Origin: Octopus vulgaris
Taxonomy: Eukaryota
Length of the DNA stretch: 64,000 nt
NCBI GenBank assembly: GCA_951406725.2
Contig: OX597826.1
Span: 12,400,001-12,464,000, forward strand
Reading direction: 5' to 3'
Part shown: piece by piece, positions 1-14,050 of the stretch
Numbering within the stretch: position 1 is the first letter of the stretch
Layout: each line of letters begins with the position of its first letter
Translations under genes and position numbers: made by a program
Notes under the pieces: generated by a model
The model's database searches: none
Seen by the model: the letters and a program-made list of their open reading frames with translations, nothing else
Told to the model about the DNA's origin: nothing

Positions 1-265
1 TATATGTATATTTATATATATGTGTGTGTATGTGTTTGTGTGTATGTGTTTGTGTGTCTGTGTTTGTCTCCCTAGCATTGCTTGACAACCGATGCTGGTG
101 TGTTTACGTCCCCGTCACTTAGCGGTTCGGCAAAAGAGACCGATAGAATAAGTACTGAGCTTACAAAGAATAAGTCCCGGGGTCGATTTGCTCGACTAAA
201 AGGCGGTGCTCCAGCATGGCCGCAGTCAAATGACTGAAACAAGTAAAAGAGAGTAAAAGAGAGAG
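1..265 (+). mobile_element. SINE family B (tRNA-derived, CORE-like, internal microsatellite), 3' half
   Basis: Tail ...ggcggtgctccagcatggccgcagtcaaatgactgaaacaagtaaaagag, shared with more than 12 other copies in the window. Confidence 0.9.
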
Positions 266-1249
266 TGAGTAACATTTTATTTTTGTTCTTTGTCTTTGGC
301 CAGTAAGTATCGTTTCCTATTTGCTTCTATCAAGAAATCAAAGGAAATGACAATTATTTTGTAACATGGACACTCAATGTTTTGAAACTGATCTATTTTC
401 CATTACTTTAGTGACAGATTCGGATCTGAGTTGCTGAGGCAAAAATATTGTTGTAGCAAATATTCTGCTCAATATCACTGATTTGCTTGTCAGTTGCTTG
501 GCTTTAACCACTTCAACATATCCCTTGGTGGCTCACAATATGTGCATATCTGATCATGAGCAGGCGTAATGGGGAAGCATCATAGCCTTGTGCTAGGAGC
601 ATATTTAAAGAAATGTCACAGAAGCAAGTTTTGAAGAAAATATTAGCAATTTTCATACTTTCTTGGGGAAAGCGAATAGGAAATAACATTTGCTACCTAA
701 GGACAAAAATCGTGTTACACACCGTAATTAATAATTCGTTTATGTATTTGGTTTGCTGAATTCTTGGTGTGAAAGTGTGAGTTGAAACAAATCTTTTTGT
801 GTTTAGGGAGGGTCATTTTACCAACAAAATTAAAGTAAACACACGCACTGCTTCAATACCACTTCTTCCTTTTTACCAACTAAGTATTCAATGGTTTGTT
901 TCCTGTGTTGATTGAATAAGTAATCGGTTGTTGGTTTTCTCTGTCAGACCCCATTCGTTACTATTCGCCACCTGGTTTGAGTCTGTCTGAGAACAATTCT
1001 TATGCTTATGTGTGTATGTGTGTGTATGTGTGTGTGTGTATGTATGCGTATGTAGATGTTTGAGGGTTTACTTATGCGTGTGTGTGTGGTATAGTCTGTT
1101 GCTTTTGAATAGGAAAGCGCCTGTGTACAAGCGTGTGCGTATTCTTGTCTCCAATGGACTACAGCACACTCAACAAACACATACACACACACACAATAAT
1201 ACATACGCGCAAACATCACCATACGCACAAACGTACCTACCAGGCTAAC

Positions 1250-1395
1250 TAGCTACCTACCTACATACCTACCTATCTACCTACGTACCTACCTGCCTAC
1301 ATACATACATACATACATACATACATACATACATACATACATACATACATACATACATACATACATACATACATGCATGCATGCATGCATACATA
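1250..1395. repeat. (CCTA)n/(ACAT)n microsatellite
   Basis: Direct reading. Confidence 0.95.
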
Positions 1396-1741
1396 AATAG
1401 GCATAGTACTAGTTCACAGTAGACCTTTAAGAGAGTGGACATGTCGGTCAAGATGCGGTCACAGATGGTGGCGAAAGGATTCTGACAGAGAAACCTACCA
1501 GGCGATTCATTGTTCGATCAACACATGAAACACACAGTTCGATAGTTAGTAAAACAGAGAAGTGATAATGAACCAGTGCGTGTCTTTATTTAAATTTTTA
1601 TTGGCATGATGACCCTCCTTCGACACAACATAATTTATAACTTTTAATTAAATCAAATGTTGTGACACTAATTTTTCTAAAACCTTTTTTAAATACTAAC
1701 CCACAAACATGCATACAAATATACACACCTGCATACATACA

Positions 1742-1775
<34 letters not shown>

Positions 1776-1782
1776 AATAGGA

Positions 1783-2125
1783 ATAGCTATGTGGTAAGGA
1801 GCTTGATTCCCAATCACATGGTTCCAGGTTCAGTCCCACCGTGTGACACCTTGGGAAAGTGTCTTCTACTATAGCCTTGTGAGTGGACTCGGTAGACAGA
1901 AACTGTCTGTGCTTGTGTGTGCGTGTGTGTGGTGTGTGGTGTGTGTGTGTGTGTATCTGTGTGCTTGCTTGTTCCCCTATCGTCACTTGAAAACCGATGT
2001 TGGTGTGCTTACGACTCCTTAACTTAGCGATTCGGAAAAAGGGACCGATAGAATAAGTACTAGGTTTACAAAGAATAAGTCCCGGGGATTGATTTGTTCG
2101 ACAAGAGGCAGAGCTCCAGCAGAAG
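1783..2125 (+). mobile_element. SINE family B, diverged copy
   Basis: A/B-box-like head gtggtaagg...ggttcagtccc, then accttgggaaagtgtctt, internal (TG)n and tail. Confidence 0.85.
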
Positions 2126-2758
2126 TGTGATCATGTCGGTTCTTGAAGTGCGTCGTGTTAGAAGTTGACAAATTGTAGCTAGAGTGAGAAGGAAACCATT
2201 TTGAAGAAGCATCGCCAAACAGTGGTATGTGCATGTGAAACAACCACTGCGAATGTCTGTGTGTATGTGTGCGCAAATATATGTGTGTTAAGTGTGTGTG
2301 CGTTTGTGTGTGCATAAACTAAACTCACAAAATTATAGGTGAATGGAAATATGTGTGTGTGTATGTGTGTATGTGTGTATGAGGGTGCGCATGTGGCAGC
2401 TGTGAGTGTGCGTATGGTAAATGTGTGTGTGTAAGTATAAAGGAGATGTGAACGGAGAATAGCTGAGGTGCGGCGAGTGTTTCTGAGGGCAGGACTGCAT
2501 GAGGGAGGGAAAGGTGGAAATCGAGAGCGGTTACAGAAGTGGAACACAAGAGAAAGCATTGAGGCTATACATATGCGCGCAAACACACACATGCACATAC
2601 ACACACATACATGCATACCTAGACACGCCAAATTTATATGTATAAATACGCATATATACACACATACACACATATATGTGTGTGTATGTGCATATATATG
2701 CATATAGATATATATATCTATATTCAATATATTTATAGTGAAAAATATTTATGTAGCA

Positions 2759-2814
<56 letters not shown>

Positions 2815-2822
<8 letters not shown>

Positions 2823-2875
2823 GAGTAAAAAGTGCATAAAACTGCACCGATTACGAAATCACAGTGTGATATGCG
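2815..2875 (+). ncRNA. Candidate decayed hammerhead ribozyme abutting a (TA)n run
   Basis: CAGAAGA (U4>A) gtaa...ttac GAAA tcaca-g-tgtga TA. The 5' strand of stem I is replaced by the TA run. Confidence 0.35.
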
Positions 2876-3122
2876 GCTAAATTCTGTTTTTAAATGACCT
2901 GCTTCGAGAATTGTTTCGGTACGTTGTGTTTATTTATTTTAGTAATTTTGACTTTAAGGGTCCCTCCTAGCGTGAGGCATCTATGTGTAAGATCGCACTC
3001 TATATAACATAAAGAAATAAATTTAAAAGAAAAAACATTGAAGTTTTTTTTTCTCTTACGATGTTTTTCACGCTAACTACTTGATAAATTCTTATGAAGA
3101 TTTAATCCTATTTTTAAATTTG

Positions 3123-3265
<143 letters not shown>

Positions 3266-3804
3266 GGAGAGAGAGTGAGAGGAGAGACAGAGAGGAAGAG
3301 AGAGACGAATATATTCGTAGGTATAAATATAGTTGAGTAACCCAAGGCAGTGCGTATATATTTATGCCCTACCCCTGCGTGCGCGCATTAAATCAGTATG
3401 AATTGGAAGAGATATCCAAATTACTTAGAATTTGCAAGTAGTTTAGAGATAGAAACGTACTTTTGTCTCGGTGGTATATCTTATTGCTTAAACAGACGGA
3501 ATAAATCAAAGGCAGAAATTTGGCCTGTGCATTGAAGTCTGCTGTGATTGATATGATTCATGTGAGTCGACACCTGAGGGGAAACTGTAGATCTGAATGG
3601 GTTTCAGAGAACTGGTACTGAGTTGATGAATGGTTTTGTCAGAGAGGATACAGAAACGGCGATGCAAATAGGACGAACTTGAGAGTTCGTCAGATCCAGT
3701 AATTTCGAAATATTAGTTCTTCGGAGGAGTACATGCCAAGTGCACTTGATTTGAACAGAAACCGTGTGTTGAAACTAAAATGATTTATTGGTAAAATGAT
3801 GGTA

Positions 3805-3898
3805 AACTTTTCGTCGCGCGAACGGCGACCTGGTCACTGACACTGTAGCGTATCTTTGTCCCTGACCAGGTCACATTTCGCTCAACGAAAAGTTGGAC
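3805..3898. ncRNA. Inverted pair of minimal hammerhead-like motifs (G3:C8 core variant on the minus strand)
   Basis: 38-bp arms 3805-3842 and 3857-3894, 7 mismatches. Minus: gtca GTGACCA g gtcgc cgttcgc gcgac GAAA ag TT. Plus: gtcc CTGACCA g gtcac...tcaac GAAA ag TT ggac. Confidence 0.5.
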
Positions 3899-6043
3899 TT
3901 TATATAATAAATAATATGTGTTTTTGTGAAATTAACAGGTTTAGAAAATTTTCTGAGTGGTTAAGATGTATATTGCATGTTGCAATCTCAGTACTAGATG
4001 AATTAGCAGCACCTTGAAAATATACCATATTAGTCAGCCAGAGATGATTGTGTTATGTTAGTGAGACTGTAACAATAATCCAGATGGTAGTCTTTTTAAG
4101 GAGCTCATTGTAATTTTTGTTTATTGTATCACCACCGTCTCCAGGTTGAGAACAACGGACCATAGTCATTTTACCTTGGTCTAGAACTGTCTAAGATTTA
4201 CTGTCTATCAAGACTCACAATGAACATCATCAACAAATCGGAGTGTTTACTGACAGTCACACAAAAGCAATGCAAGTTTTGTGTCATTGTAATGGTGCCG
4301 TCAGTTATTATCTCTGTGTATTGTATGTCCTAGTATATGCATAGCGTTTTAAGCGTTTCAGTTGTGTTTTAATTTGGCTTCGACTAAAGATAATGATATA
4401 CAATGTGGCTTTCATGATATGTATTGTGAGTGTATGTGTAGTTTGTACTCATACTGCTGGGAGAATAAAACAAACATGTAGTCGAAAACGATACAAATTA
4501 AAAGATTTAATTGACTTTGAAATCTCGGTCATTTATTTCTAGAAACTATCTTTTCTGTTAGTTTTTTTTAAAAAATTTTATTCATTATTATTTATTTCTT
4601 TATATTGGTTTTGTCGATTTAAGGAACATGTTGTGGCAGGGAGAGAGGATTTTAAAATCAAATAATGCCAACCCACACACCCTAAAAAGCTAATATAAAA
4701 CCGCATAAAAGAATGTAATTTCTAGTTCATCTGCTTTCTATTCACTCAGTTTTCACTTAATGTAGTTTCCTTCAAATCTCTATAGTCGTAATTAGACCTA
4801 GCGGAAATTGTCTCTCTTCGTACTTTTTCGTTTTAATTGATTCATTTTCGTTACTTTCATCCTAAACACATACACACACTATATTTCGACTTTTGCAAAT
4901 ATCTTTTCGACACTTACTCCCCAATTAATATTTTTGGCACCACCACCACCATTACCAATACCACCACCACCACCCATAAAACACCTCACCCACCCGAATT
5001 ACCATCACCACTGCCACCCGATACGCTTACACCAACAACAACAACGAAACTACCATCGTAATCACTACCTCCACCACGCTCGCCATCACCATCACCAACA
5101 TCAACACCAACTACACCTCGCCCTTGACCATTCCGATCGCAGCCACTCGAAAAATAACTAACAATACCACTATCACCATCATCATCACCATCATCGACTC
5201 CTCAAAAACCATAACCATCAACACCCGCCTAATTTCCCCCGCCAACGCCATCAAAGCCTGTGACTATCAGTAAAACTATTACCACCACCATTATGACAGC
5301 TTCCAGCTTTATTACTTTATCATTACATTTCGATTTCTATCACCGCCATAACAATTGCTGCAACTATCATAATCCTCGCCGATAGCAAGGTAAACCAAAT
5401 TCTAACACCATAACCATTAGTCTACAGAGCAACTCTGTTAGTCGCCACAGCTGATGCCACCAGCACCGTTTTCTATCCATCATCACCGCCAACAAAACAT
5501 GTAGCGAATGGATCACGTGATGACCTCATATCAAGTCGACAGACGTCGAGGGATTTATAAATTCTAATCAGGAATATGGATTTAAAAGATCTATAACGGG
5601 TCTATTGACTGTGATTCAATCAAAGTAGGATCTGGGAATTTCATTCTCTTCTCTTCATTGTTACATTCTTAGATATGATTAAAACACATTGAGAATGTTA
5701 AGTTACAACAAAATAATAATAACGATAATTTCAAAAGAAAATATAGAATTCTAAATCTAAATAATTTCTATGGCTGTACAAATGAGAAGGAACTAATCTT
5801 AATTCACTGTCTTTTAAAGAAGCGTTCGTGGTGAAACTTGTTGAAATGGATTGCAAACTCTCAGAAGAGAAAACTGTTTTCCCCGGACAACAATTGTAGA
5901 ATGAAACACATTTTTTTTCTCATCGCGAAACTATAAATATAAATAAAATAACATAAGACTCTCCAGTGACGGCGAAATAAATATAAACAAATGGAAATGA
6001 TGTTTAAAATAATGGAATCTGTAAATCGGATATACATACATGT

Positions 6044-6076
<33 letters not shown>

Positions 6077-6863
6077 CACATACACACACACAAAGTTATT
6101 TGCTTAGCTTATGGAAAGCAAAAAGAAAACTGTCAATTACAGGTATCTATAGGTATATTCAATTGGGATATTTAATAATAAGCTTATTGGACAACACAAT
6201 ATCTATTTTAATATCCAAAATAAACAAAATAGTCAGTTCCGGAAGAAAGTTACTGAAATAACTACACATAGAGGCAGACAGATTAGTTCTGGTGATCGGT
6301 CAACTTCATTGTAGGTTGTTGTTAGAATAAATTGCATGAGAATACTGCAAAGGAGGCGGTTATGAAGCTATCTGTCCCAGTGATTTGAACCTCAACACTT
6401 GCAAATACTTAGTGATGCGTTCTCGCTATCGGTAGAGGAAGCACCAGCAATATAATTACTATTTATCTTCTCGGCTTGTAAGGTACTAATGAAATCTTCT
6501 AATGGGTTCTTTCAGATAAAACTTTTCCAAGAAAATCTAAAATCAATAGACACGTCTTTGTGTGCAGAATAATGACTATTGCTCCCACCCTTTCCGTTTT
6601 CCTCTCTCGCTCGCTCTCTATGTCCGGGTGGACTGCAAGATCATCACATTGTCGGAAAAAGTGTCTTATGATAGCTTTTAAACCTTTTTCATTTTTAGTT
6701 CAAATCTACCCACGGCAAAATACTGGTGGCAGTGGGATGTAGGAGAACGTTATGTAATTTCTAACAGTTTTTCTCTCTGATTCTTTTGTTTATACATACA
6801 TACATACATACATACATACATACATACATACATACATACATACATACATACATACATACATAG

Positions 6864-6990
6864 TGGCTGCCCCCTCGTTATCGAGTATGGCCATTGCACG
6901 AACATTAATCAATGTTGTTATCGCGCAATGCCTGTGCAAAATTTTCTTTTTCAAAGTGAGGAAAGGCTGTGCACTGAGTCAATCTCACTC
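6864..6990 (-). mobile_element. Retroposon 3' end with RTE-like tail and (TATG)n
   Basis: Minus gtgcaatggccatactcgataacgagggggcagccac matches the RTE-like 3' end at 45320-45360. Confidence 0.6.
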
Positions 6991-7667
6991 ACTAAGCAAC
7001 AGCAGCCATACATACATACATACATACATACATACATACATACATACATACATACATACATACATACATACATACATACATAGGTGCATATGTACATAGA
7101 TACACAAATATATACATGCATACATACAACCATACATACGTATATATGCATGTGTTTATATTCGTATATCTTCATATACGCACATAACATAGTAAATTGC
7201 ATCTCAGACAGTTGAGTATTATAATCTAACCTGCCGATAATAATCGATAAATTACTTGTCTTTGACAAATATAATCATTATATAATTGAAATAAAATATG
7301 AATATAGATTTACCTCTGTATTAACTGAGACTACGCCAAAGACTACAGCAACAATGCTATTAACACCAAGTCTATTGAAATCAGTAGCTTGAAGGGAAAT
7401 TATAAGCAGGTACAAATATCGGCTTTCCTCCTATTCTCAATAAAATAACTTTCAAAGGGAATCACAGTGTTTAAAGCTGTACAGATAATATCTTACTGAA
7501 GTATGTACTTACTATGAGAAGTGAGTTTGAAAGCTGTCAAAGGTAAATGCTTTTGTTATGCTACAACAGAACAAGGTTTGACAAAGCACAATACGCTGAG
7601 ACCAGACGTATTGAAGCAGGCACCGTTCTGATGCTGCAGCAACAACAACAATAACAATTTAAATAAT

Positions 7668-8028
7668 GTCCCACTGCGTGGCATCTTGGGCAAGTGTCAA
7701 CTGCTATAGCCCCGGGCCGACCAATGCCTTGTGAGTGGATTCGGTAGACGGAAACTGAAATAAAGCCTGTCGTATATATATATATATATATATATATATG
7801 GGGGGTGGGTTGTGTGTCTGTGTTTGTCCCCCTAGCATTGCTTGACAACCGATGCTGGTGTGTTTACGTGCCCGTCACTTAGCGGTTCGGCAAAAGAGAC
7901 CGATAGAATAAGTACTGGGCTTACAAAGAATAAGTCCCGAGGTCGATTTGCTCGACTAAAGGCGGTGCTCCAGCATGGCCGCAGTCAAATGACTGAAACA
8001 AGTAAAAGAGTAAAAGAGTAAAGAGTAA
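7668..8028 (+). mobile_element. SINE family B
   Basis: 5'-truncated head, internal (TA)n, full tail ending (gtaaaaga)n. Confidence 0.9.
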
Positions 8029-8709
8029 TGATAATAATAATAATATTAACTAACATACCAGCAATAACTACAACATTCAGCAACATGTTTTGGTCAAGAT
8101 GGTAGGAAATTATAATTGATGAAAAATGTGCGTAGACATAAAACGCCATTCGGTTTATAACTAATTGACTGACTGTTAGTCCACCCAGTAGGACTATTTT
8201 TTTTCACAAACTTCAGATAAAGTAGTGGTTTTGTTAATTAGCTGGACAGTTTGTGCAACTTTTGTCGACAGTACCACTAATTGTCAGAGACATGAGTGTA
8301 TTAATAATACATCTGCTGGCTGATGTATGTTACTATCCAATTTAGAACTAGTTTCACTATCCAAGAACTAGTTTCACTATTTTCATCTTAACAAACTCTT
8401 CTGCACTCTAAAATCCCTGACTATCATTAACTACCCAATTATTGTCAACCCTTAAGATTTGACTCAATATTTGATGAGATTAAAAGCTTTTGGTTACTCC
8501 GATTCACTCATATGCTTGTAGGACTTGAATCTCTGATGATATTTCATGCTTCGCACATATCTAAACAATCATTTAAAAGGTCACCCAAAGGCTATGCTCG
8601 ATGTCCAGGAAATGCTTTATCTTTACGGTGAAGTGCATTTTATGTTCTTAAGAGAACTCGGGTTAACTATTTGGCATTGTGCACCTCTTCACACACATAT
8701 TATTTTATT

Positions 8710-8900
8710 CATTTATTTGTTTCATTCATTTGACTGCGGCCATGCTGGAGCACCGCGTTTAGTCGAGCAAATCGACCCCTGGACTTATTATTTGTAAGCC
8801 TAGCACTTATTATATCGGGTTCTCTTGCCGAACCGCTAGGTGACGGGGACGTAAACACACCAGCATCGGTTGTCAAGCGATGTTGGCGGGACAAACGCAG

Positions 8901-8950
<50 letters not shown>

Positions 8951-9097
8951 GACGGGTTTCTTTCAGTTTCCGTCTACCAAATCCACTCACAAGGCTTTAG
9001 TCTGCCCGAAGCTATAGTGGAAGACACTTACCCAAGTTGTCATGCAGTGGGAGTGTACCCGGAACCATGTGGTTGGTAAGCAAGCTACCTACCACAT
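8710..9097 (-). mobile_element. SINE family B
   Basis: Reverse complement of the family consensus, with (CA)n(TA)n core. Confidence 0.9.
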
Positions 9098-10693
9098 TCC
9101 TTTAGAAATGCCTCATACTGCTCATTGGCAAAGGTTTGGTCACGAACACTTTACCGAATCTGGCCCACAAATCTGCCGTTACTTATAGCTTTACCAGGCA
9201 ACTTGGCATCTGTTGCTTCGTAGAATTTCTAATATCTCAAAGGGAAAACGGAGTTTATACGCTTTAGAATATTATTGACGTATATACTTACGTTTCTTTA
9301 TATTCTGCTCACAGGTTTCACCGGAATAGAGTTTTGCATTTCATTATTTCAGAATTAATCAAAATACGAGCCAGCTACACACCCCACATCAACATAAGCG
9401 TGTTCATGTCAATACTTGAAATCAGCATTTCAAAACTGTTTGCAATTTGCATATACACTATTTTCCAAATACTTTCGTCGTGTCATTTCACCGGATTGTA
9501 GGGTTTAACTGATAACCTCATCAAGTCCAATGAACAATAGCTGACAACGATAAGAGCAGTTGCACGCATTAGCTGCACAGCTAAAATCAGCTACGACAAA
9601 CAAGAAATTCTGGAGAGAAACCGTCAATCAAACATCAATCATAGCTGTAGTTAGCAAGACAAAATAGCTTTCGTCTTTCGTGTACTTTTACACTAATTGG
9701 GAAGGAGTTATTTTTATAATTAAACTTTATAAAATTTGATCGATATTTCGTCTGAGTATCACGCTAGGAGACGGTTGTAATAAAAATGTTTATAAGACAT
9801 GATAATTATATATTCAGACTTCAGATATTTAGTAAACCGACTTTGTTAATAGCAAAAGTTATATAACTACATTAATGCAAATTGCTTGTGCCGTATATAT
9901 TTGAATCTAGAATATAGAACAAAACGATAAGTGGCTTAATTTTGCATAAGTTATATATGTGTGTGTAAGAATGTGTTCATACATATTCTTTATATTTTAA
10001 TCTAAATATAGTCGTTCCAAACAAACTATTTATAATAGGGAAAGTAATATAAGAATAAATGCTAAAAATGACAGAAAAAAAGATTTTTTAGTAACAAAAC
10101 ATAAGGGGGAACACACAAGTGCTACACTGTACGTAACACAATTTGAAATTCTAATATATTTAATATAATTCTGCTTGATAGAAGCAGTGTTTGGCCATCT
10201 TGCATTCATTAATGCAAATGCATGTAAACATGGGACACTGATTGATACTTACATTTAAAAGAAGTTCATCAAACAAGTTTGTCTTAAGTGTATTTTTCCA
10301 AACAATTGTACCTGATATATGATATAATCTTATGCAGGTTATTGAATTTCTGAACGCATTTCATATAAACGGGTGACGAGAGAAAATATAGCTGAGTTAC
10401 CATGTGAAACTATACTGAAAATACATGAACCTGCATGGTCTGCTTTTTCTTTTAACTGAAATCTGAAATTTTATCGAGGGGCAGACACGTTCCAGCAAGT
10501 TTCATGATACTGATGTCATTTATATGACACTATCTATGTCATATAGATGTACAATGTACGCTGTTACGATGATATCGAACTGAGTTCACAGAGTTTGTTG
10601 TATTACTAACGAAACAACCAATTACATTGCTGCTATCATTTTATTACAAAGTACCCGCATGCTTTCTCAGAGTCACTATCAATATTGGTTTCA

Positions 10694-11085
10694 GGCGGCG
10701 CGCTGGCAGAATCGTTAGCACGCCAGGTAAAATACGTAGCGGTATTTTGTCCGTCTTTAAGTTCTGAGTTCAAATTCCGCCGAGGTCGACTTTGCCTTTT
10801 ATCCTTTCGGGGTCGATAAATTAAGTACTAATTACGCACTGGGGTCGATGTAATCTACTTGATCCATTTGTCTTTGTCCTTGTTTGTCCTCTCTGGATTT
10901 AGCCCCTTGTGGGTAGTTAAGAAATAGGTATTTCGTCTGCCGTTACGTTCTAAGTTCAAATTCCACCGAGTTCGATTTTACCTTTCATACTTTCGAGGTC
11001 GATAAATTAAGACTTAATAGTCGATGTGGACAACTTATCCTTCCTCATAAATTTCAGGCTTTGTGCCTATATTAGAAAGTATAAT
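10694..11085 (+). mobile_element. SINE family A (tRNA-derived; central gcctttcatcctttcggggtcgataaattaagtaccag domain), dimeric body
   Basis: Head ggcggcgcgctggcagaatcgttagc...gagttcaaattccgcc (A/B boxes). Body repeated twice. Confidence 0.9.
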
Positions 11086-11089
11086 TAAT

Positions 11090-11302
11090 ATTGGTTTCAA
11101 ATCTTGGCAGAAGGCCAGCAAGTTTCGAGGAAGGGCTGAGTTGAAGACATCGAATCCAGTGCTCAACCGATGCGTATTTTATCGACCCCACCTAAAAATG
11201 AAAAGCAAAGTCGAACTCGGCATAATTTGAAGAACGTAAAGACGGACGAAACGCCGTTAAGGATTTTGCCTGGCATGCTAACCATTCTGCTAGATCGTCA
11301 CC
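11090..11302 (-). mobile_element. SINE family A, diverged
   Basis: Reverse complement of family A, tail-to-tail with the previous copy. Confidence 0.8.
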
Positions 11303-12050
11303 TAGAGTCCTCTTTAATATTCCTGGAGATATTCTTGATATCTAATCCTATTGCAATTTTTGCGAGTTTATTTAATCTACATTTTAGAGTCTTGAAAAAA
11401 TTCCCTGTCTAATCCTTTATTATAATTTACGTTTTATTTTTAATTTACTTTCATTTACGCCCTATGATATTTCAAAATGCAAGTATATAGTCATTTAAAG
11501 GATAATGACAACGATAATCTTCAGCATCCTGGAAGGATTCTGCTCTTCCATAAAGATTTATGCATCGGCTAAAAAACTAGTACCTTTCATTTGATAACGA
11601 GTCGCTCGGTAGTCTTCTCATCCTACATATGATAGAAACACTAAGGCCGATGCTGCATATAATATACGATTATATGGAGATGAGGTTCTAGCCGTTTTAC
11701 CAATATTAGATCCAGTTAAAACGACTTAAATTGTACTAAACTCTGGCTTAACATTAGACATTACTACTAATTTTAGCGTTGATAATAAATTAAATCAAAA
11801 CCGCCGATGGATTTTGAGAACATAGTCAGTAAATTTAGTAAGTGGATCTCTAATCTCTCATCCAATAAGCAAACATTAACAAAGTGCTCATATTACAATA
11901 ATGCCGCTTGTAGATTCATCAAAAATATTTTTTACACGTAAATTGTGTACCTTCTCATACTAAAAGTAAGATTATTTGGTTTCCACTCACTTTTTCGCTT
12001 AAAAAGTAAATCAGACATTACCAGAAACTTATTAAGACTGGTAGATAATA

Positions 12051-12606
12051 CGAGGGGGGATCAAAAAGTAATGCCTTTTTGTTTAGGACAGGTGTAATTA
12101 CCAACGCAGGAATATGCATCATACATTAAAATGAAGCTGGTCCTCTGTAGATCACATCCTTACTTCTCAACATAGTCACCGTTTCTCTCAATAGCAATGT
12201 TTCACCGTCGAACGAGACCATATATACCTGCCGCGTAAAATTCTGTTCATTGTTCTTCGAGCCACTTCTCCATTACAGTTTTCACTTCCTCGTCGCTGGA
12301 ATAATGTTTGCCTCTCAAAGCATCTTTCGTGACGCCGAAGAGATGATAGTCTGAAGGCGCTAAATCTGGTGAGTGTGGAGGTAGTGAGGAAGTGACTCAA
12401 AGAACAGTCAACAGAATTTTACAAGGCCAGGATACATGGTCTCATTCGAAGGTGGAACATTGCTACTGAGGGAAACGGTGACTATGTTGAGGTATAGGGA
12501 TGTGATCCACAGAGAACGAGCTTCCTTTTGATGTATGATACATGTTCCTGTTTTGGTAATTATACTTATCCTAAACAAAATGGCATTACTTTTTGACTCA
12601 CCCTCG
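12051..12606. mobile_element. Mariner-derived palindromic non-autonomous element (two transposase 3' ends)
   Basis: TA TSD at 12049-50 and 12607-08. About 170-bp imperfect TIRs starting CGAGGG. Minus strand encodes LPPHSPDLAPSDYHLFG...NGDYVEK*; plus strand encodes ...STEFY..IHGLIRRWNIATEGNGDYVEV*. Confidence 0.9.
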
Positions 12607-13501
12607 TATTTTCTTATTAGCCGTCACTAGAGAAAGCTGTTCAAATGGAACCCTTTATAAAGTGAGCAAAAAGTATACCTTAAATATGGAAAATGCAAGA
12701 CTGTAGACAACTAAATAACCAGTGGTCAAATACGAACTAAAAACCAACACTCATGCACAATCGAACACTCATGACCTGCAACATTAAAAATATATGAATG
12801 TGGTGATATATAAAAGAGAAGCCAACTGTACTAAACCAAATTCTTCTAGAGAACACATATGATATATCGATGAGTATATCTGAATTTTGACGGAAGCCGT
12901 CTAGCTTAGCCGTGTGGTATTTCAGGGAGCTGCACACAGTTTGATATCTTAGAATCATTGTGCCTGATCGGTAATCATTCATAATTCCTTCAATTTCATA
13001 AGTCAGAGTCTTTGACAAATATTACCACTCTTATGCCATCTATCGGTTGATTCATATTCTAAATTTATCTTAAAATTTATACTAACGTAGGTATCAGTTC
13101 ATGCATAAATAAACATAAATACGCACGCACACACATACGTATATACTTATATAAGTACATGAATATATATATATGTGTGTGTGTGTGTATATGAGCACGT
13201 GTGTGTGTGTATCTGTAAAATTATCGTTTTTTTATCATTTCAAAATAGTGTGATTTACCTGCAAAAGCAAAAATTACTATGAATATTTATCTAAATTCGT
13301 CTAATTGAGGCATTTATTTTCCGAGACTAGTCTACCAATAATTATAAATTTCTTGGAACTATAAGTAGTGTATATTTGAAACACATAACGGAAATAATTA
13401 TTCCCCAGTATACTCATAAAACTTCAAAATAATTAACTGCTTTACTCTAAAACAAAAACTAGTGAAGAAATGTGGAATTCGCTGTATCGATTAGTTTGTT
13501 T

Positions 13502-13544
<43 letters not shown>

Positions 13545-13596
13545 ATATGTGCTTCTATGTATACATAAATATTTGCATACATAAACATATACTTGC

Positions 13597-13679
<83 letters not shown>

Positions 13680-13805
13680 ATGTATAAATTAGAGATAAAA
13701 CCACTATTATGCAACTCAAACAGCGATAGGCATAAAACAATACATAAATAACCAATATATATATATATATAATTTTTTTTTTAGATATAGAACTTATAAT
13801 AGTAG

Positions 13806-13940
13806 GATTTCTATTTAACCCTAGAAACAAAATCCTTAAATATTATTAAGTTTCAAAATATATTCTTTCCTAGAGGGTATTGGAATATCCTTCAAAGATG
13901 AATTCCAAAATAGCGGTTCTATCTTATCTGTAAGTTCCAT
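13806..13940 (-). pseudogene. N-terminal fragment of a Penelope-like element ORF
   Basis: MELTDKIEPLFWNSSLKDIPIPSRKEYILKL-(frameshift)-FKDFVSRVK*KSY resembles the SLKNIPIPS..Y..KL...F..R.RWK motif of some PLE ORFs (from recall). Confidence 0.55.
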
Positions 13941-14003
13941 AACATACGAAATTGAGATTTAAATGCATTCAATAAACGTAAGCTATCAATATAATAATAA
14001 TTC

Positions 14004-14049
<46 letters not shown>

Positions 14050-14050
<1 letters not shown>

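Noticed and set aside
4920-5500. Pro/His/Thr-rich ORFs
   Set aside because: Decayed (ACC/ATC)n repeat
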